A stretch of DNA of 30,024 nucleotides from Candidatus Nanoarchaeia archaeon (GTDB lineage Archaea; Nanobdellota; Nanobdellia; Pacearchaeales; GW2011-AR1), in contig DATFJM010000083.1 of assembly GCA_035269225.1 (NCBI GenBank), positions 1 to 30,024 of the forward strand. Direction: 5' to 3'. Shown in pieces: positions 10,299-17,471 of the stretch. The notes beneath the pieces were generated by a model, which saw only the letters and a list, made by a program, of their open reading frames with translations, had not been told where the DNA came from and did no database searches. Position 1 is the first letter of the stretch. Every line of letters starts with the position of its first letter. Position numbers and translations under genes: made by a program.

Positions 10299-11510
10299 TC
10301 AATTATAATTTAATGAATTACTAATAATTTTTTTAGCTTGGTCTACTATGTTATTTGAAATTGCTAAATTTATTTCTCTCATTCTGCCTCCTCTGCCTTT
10401 AGAAATAATTTTAACATTTATTATTCCTAACATATCAAATTCTTGTATTATGTCTGAAACTCTTCTTTGAGTTAATGTTTCTGTCCTACTCCTTTTGCAA
10501 AATTCCTTGTAAAAATTATAAATATCTCCAGTAAATATTGACTCTCCTTCTTTCTTTTTTTCACTTAATTCTATAATAGAATGTAAAACTAACTGAAATT
10601 GTTTTGGTTCTGAACTTATAACATCTAAAATTTTGTCTTTTTCTATTTTATCATTAGCATCATCTATATGTTTTAATTTAATCTTTTCAGAACTCTCTCT
10701 TTCAGCTAATTCTCCTGACACTCTTAATAAATCCAAGGCTCTTCTTGCATCTCCATGCTCTCTTGCAGCATAAGCAGAACATTTGGCAATAACCCCTTCT
10801 TCAATAACACCTTCTTTAAATGCTTCTTGGGATCTTTTATTTAATATGTCTTGTAATTGTAGAGCATTATAAGGAGGAAAGACTATTTCTTCTTCTCCTA
10901 AAGAACTTCTTACTCTTGGATCAAGATTATCTAAAAAAGTAAGATTATTACTTATTCCTACAATACAAATCTGGCTTTTACTTAATTCTGAATTTAACCT
11001 TGTTAAATTATAAAGAAAATCATTTGATATTTTTTTAACTGTCTGATCAATTTCATCTAAAATTAAAACAATTAATTGTTCTTGTGAATCTATATTATCT
11101 ACAAATTTTGAATAAACTGCTTGTGTAGGTAAACCAGTAGAAGGTACACTCCCTCCAAATTTTTTAATTAATTCTGCTAATATTCTATATTCTGTATCTG
11201 ATACTTTTCTTAACTTACAATTTAAATATTCTATTTTTAGATTAAAATTACCTTCTCTTTTTATTCTTTTCATTAATTCATCTTGTACATATTTTATTGA
11301 TAATGTCTTACCTGTACCTGTTTTCCCATAAAGAAATAAATTACTTGGTTTTTCACCTCTTAAAACAGGAGCTAAAATAGATGCTACTTGTTGTATTTGA
11401 TCTCCTCTATGAGGTATATTTTCAGGTTTATAATTAGATTGCAAAATAGTCTTATTCTTAAAAATATTATTTTTATCAAATGAATCAAATATCTTATTTA
11501 CATCAACCAT
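10299..11510 (-). CDS. cdc6: Orc1/Cdc6 replication initiator
   Basis: Walker A GKTGTGKT, Walker B LILDEID, FPPYNA.QL, HGDARRALDLL and a C-terminal wHTH (ISKGRGGR). Confidence 0.97.
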   Translation of the reverse strand: MVDVNKIFDSFDKNNIFKNKTILQSNYKPENIPHRGDQIQQVASILAPVLRGEKPSNLFLYGKTGTGKTLSIKYVQDELMKRIKREGNFNLKIEYLNCKLRKVSDTEYRILAELIKKFGGSVPSTGLPTQAVYSKFVDNIDSQEQLIVLILDEIDQTVKKISNDFLYNLTRLNSELSKSQICIVGISNNLTFLDNLDPRVRSSLGEEEIVFPPYNALQLQDILNKRSQEAFKEGVIEEGVIAKCSAYAAREHGDARRALDLLRVSGELAERESSEKIKLKHIDDANDKIEKDKILDVISSEPKQFQLVLHSIIELSEKKKEGESIFTGDIYNFYKEFCKRSRTETLTQRRVSDIIQEFDMLGIINVKIISKGRGGRMREINLAISNNIVDQAKKIISNSLNYN

Positions 11511-11540
11511 TTTTATTTTTTTATATTAAATATTACTTAA

Positions 11541-11567
11541 CCCTCACACGTTTATTTCCTGTGGAAC
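11541..11567 (-). promoter_or_regulatory. ORB box 1
   Basis: Minus strand reads GTTCCACAGGAAATAAACGTGTGAGGG, resembling the archaeal ORB (TTCCAxxxGAAA plus G-string). It lies about 30 bp from the cdc6 start, so it may also act in autoregulation. Confidence 0.75.
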
Positions 11568-11640
11568 TATTTTTATTTAAAGCTTTTCCATCGGAATAAT
11601 TTTAATAATTATTTAAAGGATTATAACTACTAAATAAGCA

Positions 11641-11664
11641 AAACACCTTTATTTCTTATGGAAA
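11641..11664 (-). promoter_or_regulatory. ORB box 2
   Basis: Minus strand reads TTTCCATAAGAAATAAAGGTGTTT. Confidence 0.75.
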
Positions 11665-11723
11665 TTAAAATTAAATAATTATGACTACATTTTTTAATAA
11701 TTACACACTACATAAAAACCTTC

Positions 11724-11809
11724 TTTTTATTATTTATTAATATAATAATATAATATAATATATATAATATAATATAATAATTTTTTTAAATAAAAATAAA
11801 AATAAAAAA
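11724..11809. repeat. AT-only tract with (TATAA)n; candidate DNA unwinding element
   Basis: 86 consecutive A/T bases between inverted ORB2 and ORB3. Confidence 0.7.
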
Positions 11810-11832
11810 CAATTAAATTCTTTTTTAAATCT

Positions 11833-11859
11833 TTTCCATAAGAAACAATAGGGTGAGGG
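11833..11859 (+). promoter_or_regulatory. ORB box 3
   Basis: TTTCCATAAGAAACAATAGGGTGAGGG. The first 13 nt are identical to ORB2 and the tail GTGAGGG is shared with ORB1. Confidence 0.75.
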
Positions 11860-11908
11860 TGTCTAATATTTTAAATAAATAATTTTCCTTTTTTATTATC
11901 TATTAACA

Positions 11909-12465
<557 letters not shown>

Positions 12466-12544
12466 TTTTAAATAAAACCTAGATTGTTTAAAAATTGTAT
12501 TGTTTCATAGAAAAGTTTATAAAATTATCACACATCTTTTAATT

Positions 12545-12805
12545 ATGGCTCAGGAAAAGAAACCATTTCACCATTTTCTTGGTAAAATGATTGTAACAAA
12601 AGAAGGAAGAAGATTAGGTTTTGTTAAAGACATTACTTTTGAGACTACATCTGGAGAATTAATTAATATAATTATTAAAGAATCCACTACATATACAAAA
12701 AACCTTAATCTAGAGACAACACCTAACAACGAATTTTTAGTCCCTTATAATGCAATTATTGCTATAGGAGATTTTGTAGTTGTTTCAGAAGAAGATTTAA
12801 TTTAA
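12545..12805 (+). CDS. PRC-barrel protein (CdpB-like family)
   Basis: LGKMIVTKEGRRLGFVKDITFE..SGEL...VPY.AI.AIGDFVVV is a typical single PRC barrel. The ATG at 12545 follows a TATA-like TTTATAAA at about 12517. Confidence 0.85.
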   Translation: MAQEKKPFHHFLGKMIVTKEGRRLGFVKDITFETTSGELINIIIKESTTYTKNLNLETTPNNEFLVPYNAIIAIGDFVVVSEEDLI

Positions 12806-12871
12806 TTATTTCTTATTTTTTAATCACAATAAACTTTAAAAATACCTTATAATAATTAATAAGAAGATAAA

Positions 12872-13312
12872 ATGAAATTATTAGGTTTTAATTATACAAA
12901 AATAGAAATAGAAAAACTAAAAGAAATATCTAAAGATTTGAAAATAAATTCAAACATAGATATAACAGATATTAAAGAAGTTAAACAATCAGTGTTAAAA
13001 TCAAAAGAAACAATTCTTTCTCTTAATTTTTCTTATAAAATAAATTATAATCCTGATTATGCAAAAGTTAATATTGGAGGTAATTTTATTCTTAGTTTAG
13101 ACCCAAAAACAGCTAAAGATATATTAAAAGAATGGAAAAACAATAAAATTCCTAAAGAATTCAAAATACCTTTATTCAATATAATTCTAAAAAAAGCCAA
13201 TGTTAAAGCTCTTTCTCTAGAAGAAGACTTGAACCTTCCTTTACATTTGCCTATGCCAAAAGTAGGAAGACAAAAAAAACCTTCTAAAGAAGAGAGTAAT
13301 TCTAAAAAATAA
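12872..13312 (+). CDS. Conserved-looking archaeal hypothetical protein (possibly SecB-like fold)
   Basis: Beta-strand-patterned N-half (GFNYTKIEIEK, LNFSYKINY), a long helix and a C-terminal LNLPLHLP. The fold guess is inference only. Confidence 0.6.
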   Translation: MKLLGFNYTKIEIEKLKEISKDLKINSNIDITDIKEVKQSVLKSKETILSLNFSYKINYNPDYAKVNIGGNFILSLDPKTAKDILKEWKNNKIPKEFKIPLFNIILKKANVKALSLEEDLNLPLHLPMPKVGRQKKPSKEESNSKK

Positions 13313-13361
13313 AAAAATATTCTTTGATAAGTTTTAAAAGATATCTTTCTTTATCTTTTTT

Positions 13362-13631
13362 ATGAAAATCTCAAAAGAAAAGAAAAATAAAATTTTAGAA
13401 CAAATTTTATTGTATTTATATACAACTACCCCTAATCCTGTCTTTACCTCTAATATAGCTGAAGAAATTGCTAGAGATGAAGAATTTGTTAAAAAATTAT
13501 TATTAGAACTCAAACATAAAGGTCTTGTTAATGAAATTAAAAAAAGCCCTAAAGGAGTTAATTATTTAAGAAGATCTAGATGGAAGTTAAGTAATAAAGC
13601 CTATGAAGTTTATAATAAGAAACAAATATAG
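13362..13631 (+). CDS. Small winged-helix DNA-binding protein
   Basis: IL.YLY...P.FTSNIAEEIARDEEFVKKLL.EL..KGLV followed by a wing ending R.RWKLS. Confidence 0.75.
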   Translation: MKISKEKKNKILEQILLYLYTTTPNPVFTSNIAEEIARDEEFVKKLLLELKHKGLVNEIKKSPKGVNYLRRSRWKLSNKAYEVYNKKQI

Positions 13632-13694
13632 CTTCTAAAAAATTTAAAACATATTTTAAATTATCTTAATCTTTTTATATCCCTTTATTTTTAT

Positions 13695-14864
13695 TTGAAT
13701 ATGGATAGTGTAAAAGAGGCATTTAAGAGAGTGAAAGAAGACATTAATTTACTTAAAAATGAGATTTATTCTTTAAAAGAATCTATTTCTACCATAAACC
13801 AGGAAATACATAATTTAAAAAACCCTAATTTAAACAAAAAACAATTTTATAATGACTTAGACACTTCGACACATCCTTCGACAGACAGACAAATAAATTC
13901 GACAGATTCGACACATCCTTCGACAGACAGACAAGGATTTAAGCCTTTAAATGGCCAAAATTTAAGGATTTCCACAAGAAATAAAGGGGTTTCGACAGAC
14001 AGACAGACACACAGACAGACACACAGACAGACACATCCAGAAAGAGATTATGCGAACTTTAGACAAGAGAATAAATTCACAGAAAAAGAACACAACACTC
14101 ACAGGAATTTAAGGTCTGAGGAACAATCTAAAGGGAGTTATGAGGTATACAACCAATACAACCAAGAGGATTTTCCTTTAGAACAATATACCCCTCAAAA
14201 TCAAAAATATAATCATAAACAACATCCTCAAGAGCAAGAAGGCCATTTCCCAAATTCATATAAAACACAAAATAAGATAACCCCTTATAATGAATTAGGA
14301 GATCAAATTACTCAATACCCTAAAAACACTCAAAACTTTCAAAGAAATACAAATACAGAAACAACATTAAATTCTCCTCAATATACTTCTCCAGTAAAGA
14401 CTCTTCCTGAAAATACACAACTCCCTTATAATCAGGAGAACCAAAATAATATAGATAAAAAAGAAGAGAAAATAAACCATAATAATTTTAATCAAGAAAA
14501 GAAAAGAGGGAATATAAATAGTGAACAATCTTCTATGGATAATGCCCTCGAGATACTTAATTCTCTTGATAGTATTAAAAAAGAGGTAAGATTTAAATTT
14601 AAGAAGCTTACAGAGCAGGAAATGACTGTCTTTTCAGCATTATATCAATTAAATGAAGAAAACGAAATAGCAAATTACAAATCAATATCTAAAAGACTCA
14701 GTCTTTCTGAAAGTTCTATAAGGGATTATATAGGAAGACTCATGAAAAAAGGAATACCTATAGAAAAAAAGAGAATAAATAATAAAACCATCCATCTTAA
14801 TATTTCTGAAGATCTTAAAAAAATAGCCACTCTCTCGACGATTTTAAAACTCAGAGATATTTAA
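13695..14864 (+). CDS. Origin-associated protein: N-terminal coiled coil, repeat/low-complexity linker, C-terminal wHTH
   Basis: N-terminal AFKRVKEDINLLKNEI heptads, STDRQ/THRQ repeats, Q/N/T-rich linker, C-terminal LTEQEM.VF...YKSISKRLSLSESSIRDYIGRL.KKG. The start may be the ATG at 13701. Confidence 0.75.
   Translation: MNMDSVKEAFKRVKEDINLLKNEIYSLKESISTINQEIHNLKNPNLNKKQFYNDLDTSTHPSTDRQINSTDSTHPSTDRQGFKPLNGQNLRISTRNKGVSTDRQTHRQTHRQTHPERDYANFRQENKFTEKEHNTHRNLRSEEQSKGSYEVYNQYNQEDFPLEQYTPQNQKYNHKQHPQEQEGHFPNSYKTQNKITPYNELGDQITQYPKNTQNFQRNTNTETTLNSPQYTSPVKTLPENTQLPYNQENQNNIDKKEEKINHNNFNQEKKRGNINSEQSSMDNALEILNSLDSIKKEVRFKFKKLTEQEMTVFSALYQLNEENEIANYKSISKRLSLSESSIRDYIGRLMKKGIPIEKKRINNKTIHLNISEDLKKIATLSTILKLRDI
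13865..14038 (+). repeat. Intragenic TTCGACA/GACA repeat array
   Basis: 28-bp direct repeat TTCGACACATCCTTCGACAGACAGACAA at 13865 and 13907. TTCGACA occurs at 13865, 13877, 13898, 13907, 13919 and 13991. About 3 copies of the 12-mer ACAGACAGACAC at 13999-14034. Confidence 0.9.
13969..13992 (+). promoter_or_regulatory. ORB box 4 (inside a CDS)
   Basis: TTTCCACAAGAAATAAAGGGGTTT, 22/24 identical to ORB2. Confidence 0.7.
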
Positions 14865-15094
14865 ATACCTTATAAAACTACTTTCTCTTTATTTTTTATG
14901 TCTTTTTTAAGAATTTTTCTTTTTTCGGTGTAGCGATTATTTTATATTTATCTCTAAAACTAGGTTTTTTCTTCCCTAAAACTTAATATTTATGTTTTGT
15001 TTTTTCTTTTTTATCCTTTTTCTTTCCTGCTTTTTGTCGTCGATGTTTCTTCTTTTTTTATTTTTTCTCTCTTTTTTTGTTTTCCTCTTTTTTA

Positions 15095-15388
15095 CTCACT
15101 TTTTTTCTGCTTTGTGAGCAATTTTTTTATTTTTCTAGGGGTATAACCCTCAGAGATCCTCTTTTATTTCTCTCACTTTTAACTAACTTTCCTTCAAAAC
15201 TCACTTTTTCTCTTATTTTTCTCATTTTCTCTCTAATATTCACTCACTTTTTTCTTCTTTTTTTTATTTTTTTCTTTATTAACTCTCACTTTTGACTTTT
15301 TGAGCATTTTTTCTTTCATTTCTTCAGGTATATATACTCTTTTTTTCCCATTATCTTCTATTTTTTCCTTTACTAAACTCTCACTTTT
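15095..15388 (+). repeat. Six co-oriented CTCACTTTT nonamers
   Basis: Copies start at 15095, 15172, 15200, 15243, 15285 and 15380. Confidence 0.75.
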
Positions 15389-15862
15389 CTGTTTTATACG
15401 GTTTATTTGGCCCCTAATAGTTGTTTTTTCTTTGCCTAGCATTGCTGCTAGATCTTCATAACTCAGTTTCATATCACTATTTAGTAATACCCAGAGGATT
15501 GCTCTTTCTGTAACTGAAAAATTTTCAAAATTTGGTGTTTGAACACCTGTTTGCACACCTGTTTGAACAGCTTGAACACCTGTTTGTTTTTTAAACACCT
15601 GTTTAGGTGTTGAAAACACCCTGTTTGAATTCATTTCATTCATAAAAGAAATTGTGTTTTTTAATCCTTCTATTTCATCCTTTATCGTCGACATCTCTTT
15701 CTTTACATCTTCTAAATCTTTTTTATGTATGTTTTTTTCAGAATCAAGATGTCTGATCCATCCACTAACAGAAGAAATGTCTCTTTTTACATTTTCAAAA
15801 CCTTTTTTTGTTTCTTCTTTTAAATTTTCAACCTCTTTTTTTCTTTTAAACAATCCAAACAT
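15233..15862 (-). CDS. Origin-associated protein: coiled coil, VQTG repeats, C-terminal wHTH (apparent paralog of 13695..14864)
   Basis: N-terminal GFENVKRDI..V heptads, KQTGVQAVQTGVQTGVQT repeats, C-terminal FSVTERAILWVL...LSYEDLAAMLGKEKTTIRGQINRIKQK. Confidence 0.8.
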   Translation of the reverse strand: MFGLFKRKKEVENLKEETKKGFENVKRDISSVSGWIRHLDSEKNIHKKDLEDVKKEMSTIKDEIEGLKNTISFMNEMNSNRVFSTPKQVFKKQTGVQAVQTGVQTGVQTPNFENFSVTERAILWVLLNSDMKLSYEDLAAMLGKEKTTIRGQINRIKQKSESLVKEKIEDNGKKRVYIPEEMKEKMLKKSKVRVNKEKNKKKKKKVSEY

Positions 15863-16148
15863 ATTATATTCTAGAAAAATAGATTTAAAAACCTTTCTAT
15901 TCGTCGCTGTGTTTTTTATTTTTTTTATTTTACTCTTTTTAAGATTTTTTATTTTTTTTAGCTTTTTTTTTCTTAAACACCTGTTTTAGTAAAAAAAACA
16001 CCCTTAAACACCTGTTTAAAACACCCTTAAACACCTGTTTAGGTCTGATAAACACCCTCTTATTTTTTATAATAATTTAAACACCCTGTTTAAACACCTT
16101 TTATCGTCGGAGTTTTTTATTTTAAGGAAACACCTGTTTAAAACACCT
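15534..16148. repeat. AAACACCTGTTT quasi-palindrome array (intragenic and upstream)
   Basis: Exact 12-mers at 15593, 15975, 16006, 16029 and 16128. Near copies at 15542, 15555, 15575, 15614 and 16079, plus several AAACACC half-sites. Confidence 0.9.
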
Positions 16149-16183
16149 CTCCCATCCTCTTTTTAATTTTTTAAAATTTAAAG

Positions 16184-16212
16184 TATTCACTTACTTAACC
16201 TAAGTGCAAAAA
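16184..16212 (+). repeat. Cassette site copy 1 (attL-like)
   Basis: TATTCACTTA-CTTAACC-TAAGTGCAAAAA. Confidence 0.85.
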
Positions 16213-16330
16213 CCCTGACAAAACAAAAGATTATTAATAAAATTTAGAGCAAAAAATCAAGATTTTTTGATTTCTAAATATATTTTTTAGAAAACAAATC
16301 TTTAAATAAAATATTGGTTTTAGTTTATTG

Positions 16331-16726
16331 ATGAATCAAGAAGAAATTGAATATGTTTTTTGGAAAACAGGAGAGAAAATTAAGAAAAAATTGAATGATT
16401 CTCACCCTGCAGAAGAAAAAACAAATCTTATCTGTCCTTTTGATGACACACCAATAATAAGATGGTATAATGAAATAGATCAAGGATATAAATGCCCTAA
16501 TTGTGGGACTAATTATTCAGGGATAAGAAACAGACAAGAAGACGTTAATAAATATGCTGAAAAGCATTTTAACCAACTTCAGGAAAAATTAATAGAATTA
16601 GAAAAAGATAAAAAAGACCTTGAAAAAAAAGTGAATCATGCAATAGGCAAGAGGATAATTAGAGAAGATCTTTTTTCAAAATTTAGAGGGACTTCTTTAT
16701 TTCCAGATAAAAAAGGCAAAGAATAG
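16331..16726 (+). CDS. Hypothetical Zn-ribbon plus coiled-coil protein (cassette 1)
   Basis: CPFD...CPNC followed by heptads (LQEKLIELEKDKKDLEKK). TATA-like TTTAAATA at 16301. Confidence 0.75.
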   Translation: MNQEEIEYVFWKTGEKIKKKLNDSHPAEEKTNLICPFDDTPIIRWYNEIDQGYKCPNCGTNYSGIRNRQEDVNKYAEKHFNQLQEKLIELEKDKKDLEKKVNHAIGKRIIREDLFSKFRGTSLFPDKKGKE

Positions 16727-16750
16727 ATGATAACTGTTCTCTATAAAGAA

Positions 16751-16779
16751 TATTAACTTACCTAACCTAAGTGCAAAAA
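16751..16779 (+). repeat. Cassette site copy 2 (attP-like)
   Basis: TATTAACTTA-CCTAACC-TAAGTGCAAAAA, immediately followed by the ATG at 16780. Confidence 0.85.
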
Positions 16780-17160
16780 ATGAAACCAAACATGTATACA
16801 AGACCTATAGAAGCTTATAAAGATAAATATTTTCAAGATCTTTTCTCTCCTACAAAAATTGCAAGTTTTTCAAACACCCCTGTTCATTTGATTGAATCTG
16901 GATCAGATAAATTAGATGCCTGGTTCCCTATTCAAGAGAAGTGGATGCAAATCTCTTTTGATAGATTGCATTTTTATAGAGAAATCACAAAAGAGAAATT
17001 TGAAAAAATAAAATCTCTCTATAATAAGGGGTTAGAAGATAGAATAAATAAGGAACATAATAAAGAAATAATCTCTGAAAATAAAAAACAAAAATCTTCA
17101 AATTATTGGAAAAACACTGCAGAGATGCACAAAATAATGCATAAAGCAGGAGGAAAATAA
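16780..17160 (+). CDS. Hypothetical protein (cassette 2)
   Basis: The ATG directly abuts site 2 and the stop codon ends 1 nt before site 3. No recognisable motif. Confidence 0.75.
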   Translation: MKPNMYTRPIEAYKDKYFQDLFSPTKIASFSNTPVHLIESGSDKLDAWFPIQEKWMQISFDRLHFYREITKEKFEKIKSLYNKGLEDRINKEHNKEIISENKKQKSSNYWKNTAEMHKIMHKAGGK

Positions 17161-17161
17161 T

Positions 17162-17190
17162 TATTAACTTACCTAACCTAAGTGAATAAA
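17162..17190 (+). repeat. Cassette site copy 3 (attR-like)
   Basis: TATTAACTTA-CCTAACC-TAAGTGAATAAA. Confidence 0.85.
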
Positions 17191-17254
17191 AAATATAAAC
17201 AGAGATCCTTGTTGATTCAAATCAAAAAAACCTCCTTTTTTTGTATCTTCTGCC

Positions 17255-17325
17255 TCTTTTACCCCCAAAAACCCTAAATCCCTCTTCAACCAGTATGTTA
17301 TGCGATCTTTTACCCCCAAAAACCC
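17255..17325 (+). repeat. 20-bp direct repeat TCTTTTACCCCCAAAAACCC
   Basis: Exact copies at 17255-17274 and 17306-17325. Confidence 0.85.
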
Positions 17326-17331
17326 CCTAAA

Positions 17332-17359
17332 AGTTCGTATAATATACATTACCAGAACC
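17332..17359 (-). other. dif-like Xer recombination site (11-6-11)
   Basis: Minus strand reads GGTTCTGGTAA-TGTATA-TTATACGAACT, against E. coli dif GGTGCGCATAA-TGTATA-TTATGTTAAAT (identical spacer, 7/11 per arm). Intergenic, with xerA about 4.2 kb away. Confidence 0.6.
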
Positions 17360-17471
17360 CGGTTAAGGCCCACTAAAGAAGCCTAAAAACAACCAAGAGA
17401 AGGGGTTTTGATGTTTTCATCTTGGTGTCTTTTATAAACCACAACCTCTTTTATTTTATTTAAATTATAAA

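Larger units (their letters stand above)
16184..17190 (+). mobile_element. Putative two-cassette array bounded by three direct ~29-bp recombination-like sites
   Basis: Sites at 16184-16212, 16751-16779 and 17162-17190. Exactly one ORF lies between each pair of sites. Confidence 0.65.

Noticed and set aside
2970..11510. Inteins in DP2, DP1 or Cdc6
   Set aside because: Lengths are normal, the catalytic motifs are contiguous, and there are no splice-junction or LAGLIDADG motifs.
11586..11597. TTCCATCGGAA as a further ORB
   Set aside because: The spacing differs from the other boxes and there is no G-string. At most a mini-ORB.
14865..15232. ncRNA or tRNA in the gap between the convergent paralogs (also checked 17190-17470)
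   Set aside because: Pyrimidine-skewed and low GC, with no cloverleaf or stable stems. Only a 32-codon minus-strand ORF with no support.
16184..17190. CRISPR array interpretation of the three 29-bp repeats
   Set aside because: The spacers are 538 and 382 bp and contain whole ORFs. No cas genes are in the window.
16751..17370. Classical integron attC sites (ACCTAAC fits RYYYAAC)
   Set aside because: No paired downstream GTTRRRY or long imperfect hairpin. The sites are compact 10-7-10 duplex-type palindromes, and the tyrosine recombinase lacks an obvious IntI-length insertion.
17173..17373. 66-aa minus-strand ORF with a repeated GFLGVK
   Set aside because: GTG start. It is a by-product of the 20-bp direct repeat and overlaps the dif-like site and cassette site 3.
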